Assembly: GCA_973895155.1 (NCBI GenBank)
Contig: OZ316895.1
Span: 6,440,136 to 6,504,135, forward strand
DNA from: Marsupella aquatica
Lineage: Eukaryota > Plantae > Marchantiophyta
Reading direction: 5' to 3'
DNA length: 64,000 nucleotides
The translations under genes and the position numbers were made by a program. Below are positions 1 to 10,604 of the stretch, piece after piece. Under the pieces are notes generated by a model that saw only the letters and a list, made by a program, of their open reading frames with translations, was not told the origin of the DNA and did not search any database. Each line of letters starts with the position of its first letter. Position 1 is the stretch's first letter.

Positions 1-428
1 GCCAGGACGGTGCGCGACCTACTCGCCTATCTGTGCATTTTGAAGGCTTGTGCCAGCCCATTAGCTCTCGTGGGGAAAACAAGTTCACGAGTTTATTCGA
101 CATGCCGGTTTTGAATCAGATATGCGTGGATCTGCCCTCCTTCATATGTATGCAAAGTGTGGGTGCATCACGGAGGCAAGGCGAATTTTGGAAAACTTGA
201 GTAATCGAAAATATAGTCATATGTACCATAATGATTGGAGCATATGCAGAACGTGGTGATGGTGTGAAAGCATATCGACTGTTTCTTGAAATGAAATGGC
301 AAGGCTTCGAACCAGATGCATTCACGTATGCGAGTCTTCTGAATGCATCTGCAAACTCCCCCTTTATTCCCGATGCTATCTGGCCGCCGTTTCAGGGCCC
401 TAAACAGCCGGAAAGAAGCTGGGTGTGA
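1..428 (+). pseudogene. PLS-class pentatricopeptide repeat (PPR) gene fragment, frameshifted and truncated
   Basis: Across frames it reads YLCILKACASPLAL..WGKQVHEFIRHAGFESD..GSALLHMYAKCGCITEARRI..MIGAYAERGDGVKAYRLFLEMKWQGFEPDAFTYASLLNASAN, which are typical PLS PPR motifs. Several frameshifts are needed, and homology ends at ~360 with no E/DYW domain. Confidence 0.8.
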
Positions 429-3400
429 GATAATCTTTAACTGGTCATAAGCACTGCAAAGGGCATCAACAGGTGGGGGCAGATCCGGCTGAAGGTAGGC
501 TGCTGCCACTTCATTCGCAGTAAGTTGCTATTCGAAATGCATTGACCCTTTCGTCGTTGTAGTTCAACTCTCCTCTAGAACAAGGAGTTTTTCTGAAATT
601 TCTCCGAACAGCTATTCCCTACTGTAGGACTTTCGCATTAAAAATTTATTTGCACGGGTTGCCATGGGGATACTTTACATGTTGGCTCAGCCTAGTCTTG
701 AGGCAATTGACGAGTCGTGGAATCTTAGTTTGATTTTGAATTAATGAGTGACGACGAGCATTGTGGCTATTGAGAAACCTCAGGACTTCATCGTGCAGTC
801 AGATCTGTTTAGGGTAAGTATACAACGGAGGCAATGAGTCCCGAGCCGAAACGCAGTTGGGATTAATGAGGAATAACTCAGCTCGGCTCACCTGAAGTAC
901 TGTAGCTAGCTCGATCAGTCTAGCTGAATTTCAAGTGACAGATTCAGGTTTGTGCAAGCAATTCTTCCTCCTCCTAGCAACCACAGCCACCGCAATCACC
1001 GTCGTAGAGCAGTAGCAGCGTGGCGGAAACGAGGCGGACAAAGGAGAAGATATCTTACTTATAAAGCGCCAAGGCCAAGTTAGAGTCACCTCTAGACCTT
1101 GACTCGAATTTTTTTTTAGACCTTGACTCTAGTGCCCCACCAAACTTACAATAGGTCTTGTTGGTTCAAAGTGCGCAATGTCACCGTGCCTTATCAACTT
1201 TGATCTCATGAATTAGATGACATGCATCTTTTATTGTGACTGTAATGCATTGTCATCCACACTCCTCTAGTCCTCTTTGTTACCTACATCGATTAAATGT
1301 GTCAATCAATTTGATGGCTAGCAACTAGAGTTAGCAATCGTTAGTCTTTAAGAAAATCAATTAAATATAAAGAAATGACTTCTTATAAAATCTAAAAGTA
1401 GATAAACTGGTAAAATGGCTTACTTTTGTCCCCTCTGCATGTTTAATAATTTTCTTAAGTTTTTACCATTCTTGGGTCTAACCATTTTTGCAAGTGTGGC
1501 GATAAACACAAATGGTTGTGTTTGTTTGTTGTGGAAAACATAGCACTTTGTGTTTGTAGCAACATCCATTGACATGGCACACCTCTAAGCCAGGAATTTG
1601 GGCATGAGCTTAACATTTGCTGATTTGTCAAGTACAATGCTGATCATATGACCGGTTTTATGAATTTTTCTGAATAGCTTTCAATTGAATCTAATGTTGA
1701 TACATTTCGTGAAATACCGAGGAGATCATGAGTTTTTGGGTTTGTAGCTTTCCATTTAGTCTAACACTGGCAGATTTGTTCAAGTTCTAACAAGATCATG
1801 AATTTATGATGATTGATCATGAAGTTTTAAGGAGATAGAGTATTTCATGTTACATAGTGGAGCCAAAGCTGTTCTAACTATACAATTCTATCAATGGTGC
1901 TATTTAAAAAAAATACAAACATTTTGATATAAATTACTAATATATTATTGACAAGACATCCAACCAGTTATTTAGTTTTACCATATTGTCTGTTATTTAA
2001 AATTTTAGCTTTTCTAATCTATTTACAATTAAATGGGTCTAAGTATGTTTCAGTGTCTTACGTCAAACATGAATACCCATGTTTATATATTGATGAGAAC
2101 ATTAATGTTCCTATTTGTGACCAAAGATTCTCTTGTGATTGCTCCGTGGTGCTAGGGATTTTGGAGTGAGGGTCCCATGGGGTCCAGAATGAAAAATAAT
2201 GAGGAATCAGTAAAGATATTTGGAATCTCCTTTAACCCACGAAGAACTTTAAGAATCAGTGGTGGGCCCATGAGATGAACTGTAGGGTGGCTTGTTCTGT
2301 AAAAGAAGATTAAGCCAAACAAAGTACAATCAAGGAGAAGCAAAAGAAATGCCAAACAAAATACAACCGAGGGGAAGCAAAAGAGGTACAGAGCGGACAA
2401 ACACCAAATACTAAAAGGAATTGCAAAGCCCAACAATCTGGAAAGAGGAAAAAGAAAAAAACGAGGGAAAGTAGTTTCGGCCTTTCCCACACAAGACAAG
2501 TGTGTAAGTACACTCTTCACCACACTCAATAAAAATATGGTGCGATCTGATGAATACAGTGCCACTTAAAATGGTCACTGTAGTGGGCCACATTCTATAA
2601 AGCTAATCTTCGCTTTTTTAAATAGCCTTTCGTCTACTGTAGGCATGGTGGACTGAGTGGTCGACTGTTACCCAGGAGTACTTTCCAAATCCTTTTATTA
2701 TACCTCCCCTTTTTTCTAAGTCAGTTTTCTCTTCTGCTTTGGCGGCAGAGTCAGTTCAGTCCGTCTTGACCTTACCCCAGAAGCCGCCAGACTCGCCACG
2801 AGTCCATCCGAATTCCAGTACCGTTCAAGCACGATGGTGCTGGACATCTACGGCTCAGGTTCCTCCTCCTTAGAACTATCATTTCAGCTACATTCTATTG
2901 TGTCTAATAAGCCTGCACTCAAACCTCGGACGCCCCCTTCTTTAGCGGAGGAGGAGGGATAACGAAGCTGTACTGCACTTCCGTCTCCTCAGGATCCGTG
3001 CCATACTCCTGGGCAACACTCTTATTTATTAACTTTCCAAAGGTATAAAATAAAATAACCTTTCCATCCAATATTGTAGCTTCTTCGAAGCCGCCGATCT
3101 TCCACCTTCAACGATAGAGATGGCCTTGACTAAACGAAAATCGACATCGTACGACTACGAAATTCTTTTGAGTTTTTAAAATTTATCTAAGCTGTAAAGT
3201 TTCTTTTTCGCTTTCTTCAATTTCGCGGAAAGTTACTCCCATGAAACTAGTGTGCCCCGAGATTCGTCAATAAGAGTTGTTGACTCTTCGTGACTTTCAT
3301 TTTACTACGGGAGCAGTTGAGACTTCTCTATATGTGCACATTCCATAAATGCAAGCCCTGGCTGTTCCCAAGGAACACTGTTCTTCGCTGATTTGTATGA

Positions 3401-3436
3401 CCATTCTCAGTCTTTTGGGAAATGCAAACAGTGCTG

Positions 3437-3740
3437 CAGTGAACCACAATATATAAGTGCACTCATGGGCAGGCAAATAATAATTTATTGATAAGTCCTT
3501 GGCATCACTCATTGATAAGTGCACGTTATTTTTAAGTGGAGTGAAAATTGCACTCATGAGATAGAGGGTCACTGTTTGGTGTAGAGAAGTACAATTTAGA
3601 AGGGACGAAACGAGAACGCCTCCTGGCACAATCGCAAAATGCACATGCCACGTTTCTGCATTTATGACGTAATGCAAACCCGCGTTAAGTGCACACCGGA
3701 TGTTTCTTCCCGTAAGTGTGCACTTATAGAGAGACGACTG
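3437..3740. mobile_element. pogo/Tc1-mariner-like MITE (~300 bp)
   Basis: Left end cagtgaaccacaatatataagtgcac vs reverse complement of right end cagtcgtctctctataagtgcac, with TA right of 3740. The right subterminal sequence (cgggaagaa..atc..tgcacttaa) matches that of the element at 60228-61065. Confidence 0.55.
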
Positions 3741-4049
3741 TACTCTTGTGCTCGACTTTGAACGACTTCATACTCCGCCGTTAACATTTGAGCTGCGCTA
3801 GTTTAGCAGTTGGCCAACAGGGTCGAGGAGTGTTATTGGTGAGTGATAATCTAGGCCATTTATCGTGGAACTGGACCGTACCGAGTCATTCCTGAAGCCC
3901 GGGCCGAGGCGGGAGGGGCCAACTTGGCGCAGCCGAACCAAACGAGAAGTCAGTCCAGTCGAACGTAAACAGGGTTTAGTCTTTAGTTTACCTGTGTATC
4001 CACTTTTCCGTGGTATATGTTATTTCCCGTAATCTTTGCCCCAAATTGA

Positions 4050-4240
4050 CGGTCACATTGTAATCTGTTTGTGGGACCAATGGTAAGCTGTAATTTGGGG
4101 ATGGGATCAACGGTAAGCTGTAATCTGGGGATGAGATCAACGGTAAGCCGTAATTTAGGGACGGTAGATTGTAATCACTTGACGGTAACTTGTAATCTAG
4201 CTACGGTGACATATAATCCAGCAACGGTAAACTATGTGAT
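4050..4240 (+). repeat. Subterminal array of 8 CGGTRRNYTGTAAT-like motifs in the Crypton-like element
   Basis: Motif starts at 4050, 4081, 4111, 4141, 4162, 4183, 4204 and 4225 (spacing 31, 30, 30, 21, 21, 21, 21). Confidence 0.85.
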
Positions 4241-4599
4241 CTACCGACAACATTCATCTCCAGCAGCCAATTGATGCAATTCTCTGTTTTTAATTTTCTT
4301 GTTTGCATAGTTCAACACAACTGGCTGACAATAGCATAGCGACTGCATGAGAGAGATCCATGCTCGACATCCATGACTCCATTCAAAATTCACAAAAGAG
4401 AGAAGCTTCATTATGTAAAATGCCAATTTCTTGAAATGAACTGGGCATGTGAACCCATGAAAATGTTACACCCGAAAAAATAGTACATCCGACATATTGT
4501 TCAGCTGAAGGTTCGATTCAGCTAGTGAAATGCACATGACTTTAGTCTAATCTCTACTATCCTAAAAAATTGCCTACGTGGTCTGCTACTATTCTACTT

Positions 4600-6889
4600 C
4601 TAAGCATCGTCATCCTTTTTCACTATGAAATTGATCGTGCAATTGTTATAGTTTCCACATAAACTGTTCCCCACCGATACACTCTTTGCCTTAGACTTGG
4701 CTGCAAAATAACCAGCTAGAGTCGGATTCTTGCTCAATTCCCCAACATAGTCGACTTCATCAAACGTCTTATTCCACTCAATAACACGTTTATTCTGCTC
4801 GTCTGTCAAGATAGTCCCATCATTTGATATGCTCTTAGATTTCTGTAAGAAAAAACAACTTACATATGTTAAATTTAGATCATCTGAAAACAAGATTGCA
4901 CGTAAAAAGCGACAGTGAAAAACCAGAGAAGACATGTACATAGTACTAACTTGAACTTCGATCTTGATCTCCACATCCTCATCTGCTTTTGAAGATTGGC
5001 CCGTATCCTGTAATCAGAGTGTGCACATAAAACAAATCAACAAACAAATCACAAATCAACAAACATAAATGACTGAAACATTATGCACAAGTACATACCT
5101 TAGTCAATTCTGGACTGATCGCTACTTGAAGGTTACGCTGTACACTGACTCTATCAATGAGAGGGTTCAATGCTACACCACTCCCTGCCACCTTCTCACT
5201 GTAGAACTGCTTAGAAACCTCCGTCAGAGCTTTCTCGTAACTCAAGTTAGAGTTACATCCCACTAAGGTTGCAGCGTCCTGCTTAAGATCTTGGGTCCTA
5301 TCATATCTCAAGTATCCACTAGTCGTGTGGTGCCCGGTCACAAGCATGCCAACTTCGTCAGGAACGCCTTTTGCTGCCATACGCGTAATTAGGGTCGCCC
5401 GACCACTCTTATTAGTAAACAAATCTTTAGGAAGCCCTACCAGCTGTAACATGTTATTGAGCATATGCCCTGTGCGATCCTGTGCTACTTTGTGGCATTT
5501 GTTATACCAAACGTTCCCTGCAGGGTTAGTAATAGGTTGCATGAAAAGATCCTGCTTCTTGCATTCCTGGGCTGGAGCCATATGACGTAGATACTGTTTC
5601 ACGCAAAGAATGAAATCAGCCTCGAAGCTGTGGAAAGCGTTACGAAATTGGTGTTCTGAATATCGGTCCAATGTCATGCTGTTATTCTTCGATTCTCTTT
5701 CTTCGAATCTGTAAATCAAAAAAACTCTCAAAAGATTAGCAATTACTAACTATTGTTGAAAGATTACGCAAGTCCCGTGTCTACAGCTGCGACAAGGGTT
5801 GAGGACATTATTTCAGCCATATGACGGAAACATGGGTGGAACAAATACAGAAATTTACAGGGGCCATTACCGCACGTATTCTTTCCCCTCTTTCGTACTC
5901 TCCACGCGTATGTCATTCCTCTGCAAGAGCCAGAGCTCTTTACCACCCCGGATCCCTAGACGACACAAGAAGTAAAATGCCAGACGTTTCTGGCAGCCAT
6001 GTGCACTACTAATCTGGTGATCAATGTCGGCTAGTATTGCTTGCTCCATCTCCTCCGTAATGGTCTCTACCTTCATTACATAAACAAACAATGAATAACG
6101 TCAATCTTGAACACTAATAAATTCAAACACAAAGAAACACAAAAGCAACAGAAATAACATTGTACACACCTTCTTCCGTTTCTTATTTTTGCCTTCTCGA
6201 GAAGCTTTCTTGATAGCAGCCCGCAAGACCATACGTGTCTTTGAAAAGGCAACATGTGTTTTAATGTTAAATGTTGTTGTGTCAATTAGATTCCCTTCCC
6301 CTCTAAGAGATCTAAGTTCACTTGACCGTTTGATTAACCGGTTGAATCCATTGCACATGTTCATCAAGGTAGCACTGGGGTAATCTTGGCCATTCACTTT
6401 CACTGCCCTACTAAACAAATCGCTGAATAGCTCATCCAAGAGTTGCAATGATAGGTCGCCGAGGGATACAGACATATCCCACCCCTTAGCTGCCCGAAGA
6501 GAGTTTGCTCATTTCAGAGCCCACTGATCATTACGTTCTGAAGCTTGCCTCTCCTCACCTTTACCAGCATCATGAAGCGTCTTATCTGGAACCGCCCTTA
6601 AGCCTGGTATGGTAACTTCCAAAGATGACACTTCCCCCTGAGGTCCGATATTATCTATGGCCACATGAACAGGATGACTACCAGGAACTTCACAAGCAAC
6701 AGGAGCATCATCCTCGCTCTCAGCATGAGGAAAATTACTAAGAGTATTGCACACAGACGAATCATCAACAAGACTTTCTAGACTAGGCAGCTGAAGGTCC
6801 TCAATTTCATCAAAAAATAAAAAGTCATTCTCGTCTTCCTCTCCATCTTCGGGACTCACTCCAATTACAGCCCCCTGGCATTCTGTCAT
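4600..6889 (-). pseudogene. Crypton/DUF3504-family tyrosine recombinase, 5 exons, one in-frame TGA
   Basis: Exons ~6889-6170, 6070-5871, 5708-5099, 5007-4951 and 4842-4600 join in frame at GT-AG introns. Motifs: WALK, NGQDYPSATL, LGIRGGKEL, SKNN, VWY, FTNKSGRAT, TGHH..GYLRYDR. Single nonsense codon at 6509-6511. The start codon is uncertain (6889 or 6958). Confidence 0.85.
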
Positions 6890-7561
6890 CTCGACTTGCA
6901 AAGACGCAGTGATTATTGAAAATGAGGTCAGCGGATATAAACTATCAAGGTCCGTCATAGCAACGACCTCTAAACCGAAATGCAAGGAACATTCCGCATG
7001 TATAAAGGACCTGTCCATCTTGAACGCAACGTAAGTTGTCCCTGCTGATTTCCCCGCTCGTCCGTTTGAAATCCTGTCACACACAGAGGATCAATGAGCA
7101 GCGCCTGTCCACTTGCGTGCAAACTAATCCCTGGATAAGAAATTTCAAAATAAAGAAAACACAACCGCGCCATTGAATCGGTTTGAATGACAACATCCCA
7201 CAACAAAGAATCATAGCTCAACATTAACGCCATCAACAAAAATCAGAGCAGAAATCAGTAGCTCTCGCGCCCTCCCAAGAAAGCAAAAGTTGAATCCGTC
7301 GAATAAGCGTCTTCGTCAGAAATCCAATTGATTTGAATGGCAGCATCCCATAGCAACGAAATGGCAATTGATTTGAATGGCAGCATCCCATAGCATCCCA
7401 TCGCCATCAACAACACGCGATCAGAGCAAAGCTCAGTAGCTCTAGCGCCCTCCCCCGCAAGTGCAATCCGTCGAATGAGCACTTTCATCAGCTTTGCATT
7501 GTATTTACGTTTGATGCGCCGCTCCCATTGGCTGCACTGGTGATTGCCGGTAAACTGCAGA

Positions 7562-7596
7562 CTAAAACCTGATTACGCACGTTAATCAGGATTTAG
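7562..7596. other. Palindromic putative tyrosine-recombinase core site (14-bp arms, 7-bp spacer)
   Basis: ctaaaacctgatta-cgcacgt-taatcaggatttag; the arms are 13/14 reverse-complementary. Confidence 0.6.
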
Positions 7597-7727
7597 CACC
7601 CATGTTACCGGGATTAACCGGGGCTCACAAGTTACTCCCGACACGCTCCCGGCTTCCGCCGGTCGCGGGTCGGTCGTAACTTGGTCGCCCCGTTACTCCC
7701 TGGTAACAGGCGACTAAAGCCTGATTA
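7583..7727. mobile_element. 145-bp mini-element with Crypton-type ends abutting the Crypton-like element
   Basis: taatcaggatttagcacccatgttaccggga (7583-7613) vs reverse complement of 7697-7727, taatcaggctttagtcgcctgttaccaggga. Confidence 0.55.
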
Positions 7728-8658
7728 TCCTATACATTTCCGTTCAAGCGGCAGGACCACTCTTTTTGACATGAACAGTTGATTCTCGAGATCGACCGCT
7801 AGAAATCGTTTCCACTTCGCCAGCGGGAAACGTTTTCGTTCGGGAAGGGGGCCGGGTGTTTAGGAGGTTGACCAGTGGGCCAGTAACTTAGTTTACAAGG
7901 AGGGAGTCAGTAAGAACTGGAAGGGTAGGTTCCATGCAGGGGAGGGGGAGGGGGGGGGGCGTCGGTGCGAAAAGCGTGTAGGCGTGGACCGCAAGTGTAC
8001 AGACTACAGAACGAATTGAAATGCTGCTGCTGTCATTTGGAGGCTTTCTTCTTCCTTTCCTCAGACTTTAGTGCTCGTACTCGTCCTCCACGGCGACAAC
8101 CCTAGGAGTAGAAAGCTCGTCTCGCTATCTATGTCTTCCCTTGTTTCTTCGAGGGAGGGAAGGAAAGTGCGAATGGAGGGAGGGAGGAAGGTTTCCAGTT
8201 GACGCAAGCCATGGAGGTCGCCTCATCGGCCGGGGGAACTCTTGCTGTGTCGTTGTGTTCGTTTTTGTACGAACAGAAGTGGTTTGACGAGGGTGGTGTG
8301 TCGGTCGGTGGGTCACAGAGCCGAGCCGAGCGAGCGAGGTGACGGGAATGGTGTAGGGAGTTGGGCAACTTTTCTCGACGTCGAAGCGAGGAGCAATTGA
8401 TGGGGCTAGGTACTTGACCATCGCTCTGTGGTCGTGGTAGATGGAAACCAAGCCAAGCCGTGGTAGGGGAGCGTCGAGATAGGTCTCCTGGGGTAGTGGA
8501 GGTTAGCTTTGTTCGGCAAGTGGTGGATTTGAGGCCACTGCAGGAGCATCTCTTGCCGCAGGAGCCGGAACGTAGTCGGTCGGTTTGGTTGAGTGTTGGG
8601 AGGATTCATTGTCCGATCTATTGATCAGGGTTTTTTTTTGGCCTAGACTGCTGCCACT

Positions 8659-10551
8659 ATGGCCACGCTTCGGTTGGGCTCTGTGATTTTCGTCGCTGGA
8701 ATCCTTCACATGCTGGTAGGCCTGGCATGGGGTCGATTTGTGGTGGAGGAGAACAGCATAAGAGTAACTTCACCAGATAGCTTGATAGGCACATACGATA
8801 GCGCCATCGGCAATTTTGGTATTCCGCAATATGGAGGAACAATGATGGGATCGGTAGTATATCCAAATGAGGGCGCGAAGGCGTGTACGCCATTTAACAC
8901 CACACAGGACTGGCCTACACAGTCAGTGGGCGGGGGACGCCCGGTCGTTGTTCTTGTCGATCGAGGCGACTGTTACTTCGCTCTGAAGGTGTTCAATGCA
9001 CAGAAAGCTGGAGCCGCTGCGGTATTGGTCGCCGATGACAGAGATGAAGAGCTGATTACCATGGACTCCCCGGAAGATGGCAAGGATAGTGTGGATTACG
9101 TCGATAACATTACCATCCCCTCGGCTTTGATTAAAAAGGACTTTGGCGTCAAGATGAAGAATTACTTGAAAAAGGGTGAGGGAAATCTCATTATCAAATT
9201 AGATTGGAGGGAATCTCTTCCTCACCCCGATGAGCGTGTCGAGTACGAATTCTGGACGAACAGCAACGATGAATGTGGACCTAAGTGTGATGCCCAGATG
9301 GATTTCGTCAAGAATTTCAGAGGAGCTGCCCAAATTCTTGAGCGGGGAGTATACACTCAGTTCACCCCTCATTACATCACGTGGTACTGTCCTAAGCCTT
9401 TCATTCAGAGCAAACAGTGCCAGTCGCAGTGCATCAATCACGGAAGGTATTGTGCACCAGATCCAGAGCAGGACTTCGGACGGGGCTATGACGGGAAAGA
9501 TGTCGTTGTGGAGAACTTGAGGCAGCTGTGTGTGTACAAGGTCTCGAAAGATATTGAGAGGCCTTGGAGTTGGTGGGATTATGTGACAGATTTCCAAATT
9601 CGATGCCCGATGAAAGAGAACAAGTACAGTGACGTTTGCGCGGAGGAGGTTATCACGTCTTTGGGTATACCAGTCGCTGAGGTGAAGAAATGTATGGGCG
9701 ATCCTACAGCTGATGTGGAGAATCCTGTACTGAAAGCAGAGCAAGATGCTCAAGTTGGGCATGGTGACAGAGGTGACGTGACTATATTGCCGACTCTTAT
9801 GATAAACCAGAGGCAGTACCGAGGAAAGCTAGACAAGGGTGCGGTGCTGAAGGCTATCTGTTCTGGGTTTAAGGAAACCACAGATCCTCCTCCATGCTTG
9901 AGTGAAGAGGTGCAGACCAACGAATGTCTCCATCACAACGGAGGCTGCTGGCAGAATGCCAAGGCCAATGTGACGGCTTGCGAGGATACTTTCCGTGGCC
10001 GAGTGTGCAAATGCCCTGTGGTCCAGGGTGTTCAGTTCCAAGGAGACGGCTACAAGTCTTGTGAACCCACTGGACCAGGGCGATGCAAGATTGACAATGG
10101 AGGTTGCTGGCAGAATTCCCAGGGAGGCGTCACCTTTTCTGCTTGCGGGGGTTCATTGTTGACAGGATGTAAGTGTCCCGAAGGATTCAGAGGGGACGGC
10201 GTGAATGAATGCGTTGACATCAACGAGTGCTCAGAAAAGTTGGAGTGTCAGTGTCCAGAGTGCACCTGTACAAACAAGTTGGGTGGTTATGATTGCCAGT
10301 GTCAAGGCGATCTTTTGTATATCAAGGAACATGATACATGCATTAGTAAGTTGAGCTCCTCGTCGAAAGTGGGCTGGTGGGTCTCATTAGTGGTTGTGGC
10401 GGGGGTAGTGGCCGTTGCATTGGGAGGCTATGTCGTGTACAAGTACAGAATACAGTCATACATGGACTCAGAGATCCGTGCAATCATGGCTCAGTACATG
10501 CCTTTGGACAATCAGGCGGAGATGTCTCACGAGCACAACACTGTTCCGTAA
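8659..10551 (+). CDS. VSR: Vacuolar sorting receptor (BP-80/VSR family), intronless
   Basis: 630-aa ORF with signal peptide, PA domain ([22 protein letters not shown]), central TRX-like region ([16 protein letters not shown]), three EGF repeats, a TM helix and the cytosolic [17 protein letters not shown] tail (YMPL motif). Confidence 0.97.
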   Translation: MATLRLGSVIFVAGILHMLVGLAWGRFVVEENSIRVTSPDSLIGTYDSAIGNFGIPQYGGTMMGSVVYPNEGAKACTPFNTTQDWPTQSVGGGRPVVVLVDRGDCYFALKVFNAQKAGAAAVLVADDRDEELITMDSPEDGKDSVDYVDNITIPSALIKKDFGVKMKNYLKKGEGNLIIKLDWRESLPHPDERVEYEFWTNSNDECGPKCDAQMDFVKNFRGAAQILERGVYTQFTPHYITWYCPKPFIQSKQCQSQCINHGRYCAPDPEQDFGRGYDGKDVVVENLRQLCVYKVSKDIERPWSWWDYVTDFQIRCPMKENKYSDVCAEEVITSLGIPVAEVKKCMGDPTADVENPVLKAEQDAQVGHGDRGDVTILPTLMINQRQYRGKLDKGAVLKAICSGFKETTDPPPCLSEEVQTNECLHHNGGCWQNAKANVTACEDTFRGRVCKCPVVQGVQFQGDGYKSCEPTGPGRCKIDNGGCWQNSQGGVTFSACGGSLLTGCKCPEGFRGDGVNECVDINECSEKLECQCPECTCTNKLGGYDCQCQGDLLYIKEHDTCISKLSSSSKVGWWVSLVVVAGVVAVALGGYVVYKYRIQSYMDSEIRAIMAQYMPLDNQAEMSHEHNTVP

Positions 10552-10604
10552 ATTCATGAACTTCAAGACCGCACAGTTCCGTAAATTCATGAACTTCGAG
10601 ACCG
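10539..10604 (+). repeat. 33-bp tandem duplication spanning the VSR stop codon
   Basis: cactgttccgtaaattcatgaacttcaagaccg / cacagttccgtaaattcatgaacttcgagaccg. Confidence 0.9.

Larger units (their letters stand above)
3960..7581 (-). mobile_element. Crypton-like tyrosine-recombinase DNA transposon
   Basis: Contains a DUF3504-type YR gene. Imperfect 29-bp inverted repeats at 3966-3994 and 7547-7575 (24/29) are flanked by the 6-bp direct repeats cgaacg (3960-3965) and cgcacg (7576-7581). No RT or DDE transposase is inside. Confidence 0.72.

Noticed and set aside
4050-4240. CRISPR-like appearance of regularly spaced short repeats
   Set aside because: The context is eukaryotic, the repeats are degenerate, the spacers are short and related to each other, and there are no cas genes. 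Treated as TE subterminal repeats.
7937-7960. G-rich tract (possible G-quadruplex) upstream of VSR
   Set aside because: It is a simple low-complexity G run with no evidence of function.
9199-9762. 187-aa antisense ORF within VSR, and similar antisense ORFs over PGI1, Copia and CACTA
   Set aside because: These are shadow ORFs of real coding sequence on the opposite strand.
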